From Polyangiaceae bacterium (GTDB lineage Bacteria; Myxococcota_A; Polyangia; Polyangiales; Polyangiaceae), in NCBI GenBank assembly GCA_044222475.1, contig JBGANF010000146.1, positions 1-18,671 of the forward strand: a stretch of DNA of 18,671 bases. The letters run 5' to 3'. Under the pieces are notes generated by a model. It did not search any database. It worked only from the letters and a program-made list of their open reading frames with translations, and was not told the origin of the DNA. The translations under genes were made by a program, and so were the position numbers. This document shows, piece after piece, positions 1 to 7,349 of this stretch; within the stretch, counting starts at the first letter, position 1; every line of letters begins with the position of its first letter.

Positions 1-23
1 AACGGGCCCATCGCTTACTCACT

Positions 24-121
24 CAAAGTCCGCCCAGGAGGGCGGACTCTCGTTTGATTGTCCCACCTTGGTATCGTCGACGTCCTTTGCACGGAGAGCC
101 CGCCCTCCTGGGCGGGCTTTG
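24..121. repeat. Inverted pair of 28-bp REP-like palindromes (REPIN-like doublet)
   Basis: 24-51 CAAAGTCCGCCCAGGAGGGCGGACTCTC and 94-121 GAGAGCCCGCCCTCCTGGGCGGGCTTTG are reverse complements except for two compensatory changes. Each is itself a 9-bp-stem hairpin. Confidence 0.75.
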
Positions 122-149
122 GTCGGGTTCTGCATCGGTTCCGTTGCTG

Positions 150-231
150 CCCCGGACTTCAGTCCGGGGTGCCATGAACTTGCGGTGAACCGCGACATGC
201 GGTGAGTCCTGAGACTTCAGTCCGGGGTGCC
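150..231. repeat. Hairpin CCCCGGACT-TC-AGTCCGGGG plus a 19-bp direct repeat; REP-like or terminator
   Basis: Perfect 9-bp stem at 150-169. GACTTCAGTCCGGGGTGCC occurs at 155-173 and 213-231; the second copy contains the stop codon of the 217..768 gene. Confidence 0.65.
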
Positions 232-768
232 CAAGCCGGGGTTTCGTCGTCGGCGTCGCACGAGCGCGACCGCGATCACCCCGAGCGGAGCCATCCACGC
301 CGCATCACTGGTGGCGACACCCGGCACCGAACAGCCGCACACCGACTTCTTCGGCGGCTCGGCCGGAAGACCCGCGTCCTCGACGAGGATGCCCATCTGA
401 TCGGCCTTCGTCTTCTCGATGCAGCGCTTGCCTTCGAGGCAGGTCGTCTGCGCTGGGCACTCGTACGCGGCGCCCTTCTTCACGCACGGGCTCGCGACGA
501 CGAGGCGCTTGCTCCCGGCTGCGGCGTCAGCGACGGTCCCGACCTCCACGCAGAGCGGCATCGAACGGCATACCGACTTCCCGCCCATGCAATCGGCGTC
601 GGTGAGGCAGACCGTCGGCTCGCACCACTGAAAGCCGCCTTCCTCCTTGCCAACGCTGCCCGGCGGGCAGTCGGCTGGCGGGGCAGCCAAGGCGGGCGCA
701 GCCGCGAGCGTGAACGAGGAAAGAACGACGGGGAGGAAGAAGCGCGCGAGTCTCACGCGGCCGAGCAT
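217..768 (-). CDS. Secreted Cys-rich protein with a MYXO-CTERM-like sorting signal
   Basis: N-terminal signal peptide (FFLPVVLSSFTLAAAPALA) and many paired Cys. The C-terminus CGCSVPG, hydrophobic helix, RRRRR is the typical myxobacterial sorting motif. Confidence 0.8.
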   Translation of the reverse strand: MLGRVRLARFFLPVVLSSFTLAAAPALAAPPADCPPGSVGKEEGGFQWCEPTVCLTDADCMGGKSVCRSMPLCVEVGTVADAAAGSKRLVVASPCVKKGAAYECPAQTTCLEGKRCIEKTKADQMGILVEDAGLPAEPPKKSVCGCSVPGVATSDAAWMAPLGVIAVALVRRRRRNPGLGTPD

Positions 769-816
769 TTCATGGATTTTCGATCGTGTCGCCTTCCATG
801 ATATTTACATGGTTCG

Positions 817-1869
817 ATGCCGTTTCGTGTCCCGCGATGGTTCGTCCTCCACGCCTTCGCGTGGGCGTTCGTCGTGGCTCAGGTCCTGCGCTCGAGCGCG
901 CCCGCGTCGCCGGACTCCACCGATGCCGAGCCGGTGACCCACTGGCCGGTGCCATCGTTCCAATCGTCACCGGCACCGCCGCGTGAGCCGGATCACAAGC
1001 CCATCGCGGCGATCCGCGACGCGGGTCCGGGGACTCACCCCTCCGCGACGCTGACGTTCCGGCTCGAGCACGGCTTCGACGCACCGTTCGGCAAGCCGAA
1101 CGCATGGGCCTACGTGCCGACGGCGTACGACCCTTCCGCACCGCTCCACGTCATCGTCATCTTCCACGGCTTCAAGAACTGCATCGACAGTTACATCAGC
1201 CCCCACGGTCTGCCGTGCATCCCGGGCGGTGGCGATACGCGCACCGGCTACGATCTCCCGAAGCAGATGGAGCGCGCCGGCACCGGAGCGATCCTCGTCG
1301 TCCCCGAGATCGCCTACGCCCAAGCGGCAAGCGCCGACCCGGGCCGGCTCGGCGAGCCGGGTGAGTTCCGCGCGTTCATGACCGAGCTCCTCGATGCGCT
1401 CGGTCCGACGATCGGCCGGCACTCCGTCACCGACATCGAGCGCCTGGCGCTGATGGCCTCGTCCGGCGGCTACCAAGCGCTCGAGCCCATCCTCGATCAC
1501 GGCGGGCTGGAGCCGACCGAGCTCTACCTGCTCGATGCCTTCTACGTGTACCCGGAGAGCAGCGCGATCGGCCGCTTCCTCAGCAAGGACCCGAAGCGCT
1601 TCGATCCAGCGTCGCCGCACCCGCGGCGATTCGGCCTCCTCTACTCGCGCAAGGGTGGCGCGATGCCGCAGAGCGAGGCCCTGCGCTCGAAGGCGCGCGA
1701 GTGGCTTCACGCAGCGAACGAGGACGCGATCGGCAACTTCGAGCCCAGCGGCGAGCTCCCCAAGATCGACGAGCTTCGTCCGCCGGTCTACGTGCTGAAG
1801 GTCATCCTCATGCACGATCACATCGTCGAGCGGTACTTCTGGCAGATGATCCAGGCGGGGAAGATCTGA
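817..1869 (+). CDS. Secreted hypothetical protein, probable alpha/beta-hydrolase fold
   Basis: Hydrophobic N-terminus with a Pro-rich linker; VIVIFHGF motif, nucleophile-elbow-like LMASSGGY, LLDAFY and C-terminal HDHI; high GC3. Confidence 0.7.
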   Translation: MPFRVPRWFVLHAFAWAFVVAQVLRSSAPASPDSTDAEPVTHWPVPSFQSSPAPPREPDHKPIAAIRDAGPGTHPSATLTFRLEHGFDAPFGKPNAWAYVPTAYDPSAPLHVIVIFHGFKNCIDSYISPHGLPCIPGGGDTRTGYDLPKQMERAGTGAILVVPEIAYAQAASADPGRLGEPGEFRAFMTELLDALGPTIGRHSVTDIERLALMASSGGYQALEPILDHGGLEPTELYLLDAFYVYPESSAIGRFLSKDPKRFDPASPHPRRFGLLYSRKGGAMPQSEALRSKAREWLHAANEDAIGNFEPSGELPKIDELRPPVYVLKVILMHDHIVERYFWQMIQAGKI

Positions 1870-1984
1870 CCGTCGATCGGCGAGGCCCCGGTGGCGCGCG
1901 CCACGGCGCGATGTGGCGGCGCCACGAGCGAGGAGCCGAATCCCCGGTGATCTCGACCGGCACGGGATTCGCGAGGGGGGAGGG

Positions 1985-2197
1985 ATGGCCGCGACTCGCG
2001 CCCCTGGCACGTATGCCTATGCGCGCGATGGCTGGCTCGTCACGGTCAACGCCAAACGAAACGTCATCGCGGTCGACGCCCGCGGCGCGAAGACCGTGGG
2101 CGCGCTGCCAGCGGGCAAGCGACTGTTCGACGTCGAGCACGACGCGAAGCTCGGCTGGAGCGTGAGCGGCAAGACGCTAGCTGCCGCGCAGTACTAG
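1985..2197 (+). CDS. Small hypothetical protein or gene fragment (70 aa)
   Basis: ATG at 1985 follows GGGGAGGG. The sequence looks protein-like and beta-rich (DGWLVTVNAKRNVIAVDARG) and ends 12 bp before the next ORF. Confidence 0.4.
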   Translation: MAATRAPGTYAYARDGWLVTVNAKRNVIAVDARGAKTVGALPAGKRLFDVEHDAKLGWSVSGKTLAAAQY

Positions 2198-2209
2198 TAG
2201 GCTCATCCC

Positions 2210-2878
2210 ATGTACTTCCTCGGAGGCTCACTCGCTCCCCTCGGTCTCACCGTCAGCTTCCTCGCCAGGCCGACGACCGAAGTGTGTGCCGCGCTCATCT
2301 CTTGGCGCGAAAAACTGGCCCAAACCATCCAACGGACGGAGCCTGCGCCGCTCCCGCGGTGCGCGGAGGCGCTCGACCCGCTCGAAGCACCATGGACCGT
2401 GGAGCTCCTCGTCGACTGTGGCTCGTGGACAGCGTACCTCAACAACTCCATCGCCGGCGGCGATCCCACTGCGAGCGCGCCGCACCTGAGTACGCTGCTC
2501 GATTGCGACTGCATCGTCGCGATGCAGGTGCCACGCTACGGGCCTGGCCATGCGACGATCGGACTCTCGCTCCTCGGGCCGCGCGGAGCGAAACCACTCC
2601 GGAACATCCGGACGATCCGCGCCGACATGACCGATGGTCGTTGGTCGTGGCGCGCGGAAGGCGAAGTACAGCCGTTCGAGAAGCCTGCGCGATACGACGC
2701 ACGGCTCGTGCGCGATCGACTCGATCGTCCTTTGCTCCTCGAATACCTCGCGGCCCTTGGCATCCGCGCCGACGATCCGTCGTTCTACGGTGACGGGATC
2801 GCCGTCCGACAGATCGTCGCCCACGTCCGTCGACGCGAAACGGTAGCGGAGAGCAAAGCTCGGCTGGGATTGCGCTAA
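2210..2878 (+). CDS. Hypothetical protein (222 aa)
   Basis: Globular-looking ORF in operon-like spacing with its neighbours (9 bp to 2888); no family recognised. Confidence 0.65.
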   Translation: MYFLGGSLAPLGLTVSFLARPTTEVCAALISWREKLAQTIQRTEPAPLPRCAEALDPLEAPWTVELLVDCGSWTAYLNNSIAGGDPTASAPHLSTLLDCDCIVAMQVPRYGPGHATIGLSLLGPRGAKPLRNIRTIRADMTDGRWSWRAEGEVQPFEKPARYDARLVRDRLDRPLLLEYLAALGIRADDPSFYGDGIAVRQIVAHVRRRETVAESKARLGLR

Positions 2879-2887
2879 GCTTCCTCG

Positions 2888-5173
2888 ATGAACAGGGCGA
2901 TGCGCATCTATCCTTTCGTGCTCGGAGTTGCGGTCGCCGCCTGCGGCTTCCGCAGTTCGATCGATTCCTCCGACCGCGAACCGCCCGCCGCGGACGTGCT
3001 GGCCGAAGACACATACGACTTCGGTGTCGTCGACTGCGGCTCGAGCGCGGGCCCCCGCTTCGCTCGCGTCGTCAACTCGAGCAGCAGAGACGACGCCGAC
3101 CCGCTCACTTGGCAAGCCGACGTCGAAGGCCCGTTTCATCTCGTAGGCACGCGTGCCGGGGTCCTCGAGCGAAGTTCGACGGCGTTCATCGGCGTCGCGC
3201 CTGACAATGTCTCGACACCGAGCGCTGGCGATGAGCTTCGAGGGACGCTATCGATCCGAACGAACGATCCCGGTCACCCGATCACCGAGATCCCACTTCG
3301 CCTTTCATCACGTGGCGGCGTTCTGGATGCCCCGACTGCCGAGACCTTCTCCCTCCTGACGCCGTTTGCAGCGACCAAGATCTTGTCCTTTTCCAACCGA
3401 GGAAACGCACCGATCGACGTCAAAGTAGGTAGCCCGTCGCTGCCGGATTTCGTGGTGCAGAGCGCGAGCTTCAAGGGGAATGGTTTCGATGCCGTCATGC
3501 ACCTCGCGCCGAACGACACCGACAAGGCGACCATCCATTTCGATACGTACTTCAGCGGCCCGCGAATCGGAGCGCTCCCCTTCGAAGTCATCGGACCGGT
3601 CTGCGGGAAGCTGCCGCCGCCGATCAAGCTGATCGGAAACGGCGTCGATGGTCCGCTCGCCATCACTGGCAGCCTCGACTTCGGGAAGGTGCAATGCGGA
3701 CAGAAGTTGGCTCCGCGCGCCGTCAAGCTCACCAACATCACGGCATCGGCCGTCAGCTTCGGCATCACGCAGGGGAAGGGTTGGGCCGCCGTTATCCAAC
3801 CCACGAGCGGCTCACTCGCGCCGGGGGAAAGCGTCGACGTCCAGGTCACGCCGTCCCAGATCCCTTCGAAGTATGCACTTTTCGGTTACCCCTACTACGA
3901 CGCGGAGCTGCTCCTCAAAGCGAACAACGCGACGTACGTGTTGTCCATCCACGAAGAGCCATGGGGAGCAGTGCTCTCACAGCTCGCGACCACAGTCGGC
4001 GTGAGCGCTGCGAATAGCGGTTCCTTCGTCGCCGTCAGTGTTCGAAACTCTGGGAACGAACCGGTCCGTGTATCAGCGTCCCTGCCGGGGTTTCAGATCT
4101 ACGCCCAGACGGTTCCGGTGGGGGACAGCACACTCAACGTCCAGTTCTTTCCACCGACGACTGAGGTCGGCGCGGGCGTAACGCGTGTCGTCCCACTCAC
4201 GCTGGAAGGCGATGGTCCATTCTGCGGGCCCGCGGAGATCGAGCTTCGCTACCGTCCATACCTCGCGGCAACGGCAATCGCGGCGAACGCAACCGGCTTC
4301 TGCATCGCCAGCACGAATGTCCTCTATTGCGAGGGGACGAACTCGCTCCTTGGGATGGGGTATCCGATCGGCTTTCACTGGCTGAGCCAAGCGTCGGTCG
4401 GTCAAGCATCGGACGTAGTGATGGCTTCTGATGGAACGTGCTGGACCGGCTGGACGGGTTGGACGTGCGCGGCATCGAACCAATCCACCACGGTGCAGAT
4501 GGCGCTCCCTTACGGCGGATTGTTTGCCTCGTCGGGAGCGTTTCACGCGTGCCTCGACTCAGGTTCGAGCTTCGGCTGCATCGGCACGAACGCGGAGGGG
4601 CAATGGGGAAACGGCGCGAGCTCGTCGTCGTTCGTTACGTCACCGACGCTCGCGATGGGCGGGCAGACCGGCGTCCAGAGCTACGCAGGTTCAGACCTCG
4701 CCGGTTACGCCGTGCGCAGCGGAACCATCTTCGCCGCCGGGACGAAGGTGGGTGGCAACCTCGGAACGAGCTCGGTTCCAGACGGCCCAGTCACATTCCC
4801 GGTCACCGTCGACGGAATCAGCGATGCCCTCGTCGTGAGCGCGTTCTCCGACGGCGCGTGTGCGGCGCGCGCGTCGGGCGGAGTGAGTTGCTGGAATACG
4901 AGTCACCCCACGCCGACCGACCGGGGTGCTTTCGCGGATGCCATCTCCGTGACGGCGCTCGCTTACGATGACTTCTGCGTTCGGCGGGCGAATGGAACAG
5001 CGAGCTGTTGGAACGGAAGCGCCGTGGTGCCACTCGTGGGAATGGCGCCGCCGATCCGACGGCTCGCCATGCGCTCCGGGTTGGTCTACGCGGTGGATGG
5101 AAACTCGGTCGCGTGGCGGGGTCCCACCTCCTGGAATTATCACCAGGCCATTGTGGGGTTCGACGGCCCTTGA
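2888..5173 (+). CDS. Large surface lipoprotein with tandem Ig-like (ASH/choice-of-anchor D-like) domains and a C-terminal RCC1-like region
   Basis: Lipobox VAVAAC. Repeated DFGxVxC, xxNxGNxPxxV and PTSGSLAPGESVDVQV Ig motifs. RCC1-like HAC..C.GTNAEGQWGNG and ACAARASGGVSCW. The start may be 2900. Confidence 0.8.
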   Translation: MNRAMRIYPFVLGVAVAACGFRSSIDSSDREPPAADVLAEDTYDFGVVDCGSSAGPRFARVVNSSSRDDADPLTWQADVEGPFHLVGTRAGVLERSSTAFIGVAPDNVSTPSAGDELRGTLSIRTNDPGHPITEIPLRLSSRGGVLDAPTAETFSLLTPFAATKILSFSNRGNAPIDVKVGSPSLPDFVVQSASFKGNGFDAVMHLAPNDTDKATIHFDTYFSGPRIGALPFEVIGPVCGKLPPPIKLIGNGVDGPLAITGSLDFGKVQCGQKLAPRAVKLTNITASAVSFGITQGKGWAAVIQPTSGSLAPGESVDVQVTPSQIPSKYALFGYPYYDAELLLKANNATYVLSIHEEPWGAVLSQLATTVGVSAANSGSFVAVSVRNSGNEPVRVSASLPGFQIYAQTVPVGDSTLNVQFFPPTTEVGAGVTRVVPLTLEGDGPFCGPAEIELRYRPYLAATAIAANATGFCIASTNVLYCEGTNSLLGMGYPIGFHWLSQASVGQASDVVMASDGTCWTGWTGWTCAASNQSTTVQMALPYGGLFASSGAFHACLDSGSSFGCIGTNAEGQWGNGASSSSFVTSPTLAMGGQTGVQSYAGSDLAGYAVRSGTIFAAGTKVGGNLGTSSVPDGPVTFPVTVDGISDALVVSAFSDGACAARASGGVSCWNTSHPTPTDRGAFADAISVTALAYDDFCVRRANGTASCWNGSAVVPLVGMAPPIRRLAMRSGLVYAVDGNSVAWRGPTSWNYHQAIVGFDGP

Positions 5174-5215
5174 CGCGACGGTCGATCTAAAGAGAGAGCG
5201 ACGCTTCGAGCGTTC

Positions 5216-5570
5216 TACGGGGGAAAGACGGGGCGATGACCGTCGTGCAGAGGACGTCGTCGGATCTGCGTCTGAACCCGCACCTGCACGTGGTGTTCCT
5301 CGATGGGTCGTACCAAGGTGGGACGGTCGACGAGGAGCTCGTCTGGCGTGAGCACGGTCATCTGCAGACGCGGGACGTCGGTCGCGTGCTCGAGAGGCCT
5401 ATCGGTCACGCCGCGTAGTTCGGGCCGTCTTCCGTCTCGCCTGCGAAAACCGCCGGTTTGCCCCGGGTTCGCGCCGCGGTTTCCTTCATTCCGTGCGACT
5501 CTGTCTCGTGCTCGCAGTCCCGTCCCCGCCGGTGACCCGCCTCGAAACTAGCCTTGATTTGCCTATGCGC
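5216..5570 (+). mobile_element. Internally deleted IS91/ISCR-family element remnant (HUH transposase fragment plus putative oriIS)
   Basis: 5236-5418 encodes MTVVQRTSSDLRLNPHLHVVFLDG, the HUH region of IS91-like Y2 transposases. TTGATTTGCCTATGC at 5554-5568 resembles the ISCR oriIS core TTGAACTTCCTATAC (recalled consensus). Confidence 0.7.
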
Positions 5571-5876
5571 CGCCTCGTTCTCGCTGTGTGCCTGCTCTGC
5601 TGCTTGGCGATTCCGGCGTGCGGGATGGACAGCGGGATGGGATACATCGCGGTCGTTCACGTGCAGACGCTCGCGGGAGAAGCGATCTGCGACGCCAACG
5701 TGACGGTCGACGGCAAGGCTACGATCGGCCGCGGGTCCGCGACCACGTGTACGTATGAGGGTACTCCCAATGGTCCGACGGGGCCGATCGTCGTTCGAGT
5801 GAGCAAGTTCGGGTATTTGGATGCGGAGCTGTCCAGCTCGACCTACGACGTAACGGTCACGCTGTTGCCGAAGTAG
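5565..5876 (+). CDS. Small lipoprotein with a PEGA/carboxypeptidase-regulatory-like beta domain (103 aa)
   Basis: MRRLVLAVCLLCCLAIPAC signal with lipobox; DANVTVDG...IVVRVSKFGY...VTVTLLP pattern. Confidence 0.65.
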   Translation: MRRLVLAVCLLCCLAIPACGMDSGMGYIAVVHVQTLAGEAICDANVTVDGKATIGRGSATTCTYEGTPNGPTGPIVVRVSKFGYLDAELSSSTYDVTVTLLPK

Positions 5877-5892
5877 CCGCCACGCGCCAAGG

Positions 5893-5989
5893 TGCCCTCA
5901 ACACAGTCGTGGAGGATGCCGATCAAGGTGTCGTTTGGGTCCGCCCCATCGACGAAGCGAGATGCGCGATCGAGCAGGTTCATCATCAT
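5893..5989 (-). pseudogene. Degenerate HD-domain (RelA/SpoT hydrolase or Mesh1-like) remnant
   Basis: Hand translation of the minus strand gives MMMNLLDRASRFVDGADPNDTLIGILHDCVEGT, resembling LHDxVEDT. The ORF is only 48 aa (stop at 5843-5845). Confidence 0.35.
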
Positions 5990-6114
5990 TGAGGCTAGCG
6001 TGGAAGAACCGCGCCGGGCAGCCGCGCCGCTGCGTCCGCAGACCGAAGTCCCGGCCTTGATTGCGCACGCCCAAATCAGTGGCAGAGGTCCCTCGCATCA
6101 TGGACACTGAGCCC

Positions 6115-6441
6115 ATGAGAGTGCTGCTGCGCCTCGCAGCCCGTGTTGGCTGCGTCGCCCTGCTTCTCGTGTGCGCGTGCTCGTCGTCGTCGAACGTCGA
6201 CTGCCCATCTGGCGACCCGTCGCTCTACACGTCGGCCACCCCGGCCTGCATGGGTTGTCCCTACGAGCGGGGCGATCCGAGCAATTACCGCGGGAAACCC
6301 TGCGGCGATCCGAGCGCGACGAGATGTCGACTGAGCGGCCCTGTGACGCGCGCCCCCAGCCCCTACTACATCGGGTGCTGTCACGGAACGTGGCGAGACA
6401 GGCAACCTCCCCAAGTCTTTCCGTCGCCGGTCTGCGAGTAG
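6115..6441 (+). CDS. Small Cys-rich lipoprotein (108 aa)
   Basis: Signal and lipobox VALLLVCAC-SSSS with multiple Cys in the mature part; start may be 6100. Confidence 0.65.
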   Translation: MRVLLRLAARVGCVALLLVCACSSSSNVDCPSGDPSLYTSATPACMGCPYERGDPSNYRGKPCGDPSATRCRLSGPVTRAPSPYYIGCCHGTWRDRQPPQVFPSPVCE

Positions 6442-6472
6442 GGCACGCGAGCTGCTGCGCAACTCTTGCGCC

Positions 6473-6487
6473 GATGACATCCATCAT
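6473..6487 (+). promoter_or_regulatory. Putative Crp/Fnr-family operator upstream of the NXR-like operon
   Basis: GATGACATCCATCAT (TGA-N6-TCA core) ends 41 bp before ATG 6529 and is 14/15 identical to the site at 15012. Confidence 0.6.
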
Positions 6488-6528
6488 GTCGCGCAGCGGC
6501 CGCGCGCGCTTACCTGAGTAGCAGGCAG

Positions 6529-7349
6529 ATGCACGACGTGCAGATCCTCAGCGACTTGGCCGAACGATGGCGCTGTGCGAGACGCGCGGCGCTCAAGGCC
6601 GTGGTCCCTCTCGACGGCACGGATCCACCGGACGGCACGGAGGACTCGTGGCTCCGACGCGCCCTCGCTCAGGACGTGGAAGCGACGCACCGGCAAGTCT
6701 TCGAGAACAGCCTGCGTCTCGGGCTCGGCTTCGCGCGCTACTACGATCACGAGCTCGCGCTCGACGACCTCCCAGCCGCGGTGGCGACGCTCGCGTCTCC
6801 GTGCGCCAGCGGTACGTGGTCGCGCGACGAGCCAGCGGCACGTGGTCGCGCGACGAAGGCGAGCCCGCGATTCGCTTGTCGCGGAGTGGCTGCGCGATGG
6901 CGGCGCTCGGTCCTGCCGCGTGCGACTACTGGCGTGAAGCGCTCGACGGGCTTCTCCTCGGCATCACCGGCGGCATTCGCCACGCGCGTCACCGCAGCGT
7001 CGGACACGGCGACCGCGATTGCCTCGACGTCGCCTACGTCGATCCGGAGAGCGAGCTTCGCTACGGACCCATCCCCGAAGAGATGACCGCAGGTCTCGCC
7101 GAGGTCGAGCGGCTCGCTCGCACGTTCGCCGGCGGCACGCGCCTCGAGTTCCTCGGCATCTCCGAGGGGGTCCTCCACTACGAGCAGACCAACGGGCACC
7201 CCGGTCAGGTGTCGGTCACGTCGCTCGTCGAGCGCGCGCTGCGCCGGCGATTCCCCACGCTGAAGCTTCGCGAGGTCTCACCGCGATCCGTGCTCGCGGA
7301 CGCCGATTCGGACTCTGACGGTTCACACGAAGGGATGTCGGTTCCATGA
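6529..7349 (+). pseudogene. Frameshifted gene (264 aa when repaired) with a V4R-like middle and NifU-C-like C-terminus; first gene of the operon
   Basis: The frame from 6529 reads ...SPCASGTWSRDE and continues in another frame as ASGTWSRDEGEPAIRL...MSVP. The shift is exactly a 26-bp tandem duplication. The stop overlaps the alpha-subunit start (ATGA 7346-7349). Confidence 0.7.
6805..6856 (+). repeat. 26-bp tandem duplication
   Basis: GCCAGCGGTACGTGGTCGCGCGACGA (6805-6830) is followed by GCCAGCGGCACGTGGTCGCGCGACGA (6831-6856); one synonymous GGT/GGC difference. Confidence 0.95.

Noticed and set aside
24..231. CRISPR array
   Set aside because: Only two copies per unit, one pair inverted, irregular spacing and no cas genes.
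2015..2025. TGCCTATGCGC matching the putative oriIS at 5560-5570
   Set aside because: Only 11 bp, lacks the upstream TTGA, and lies within a probable ORF; likely chance.
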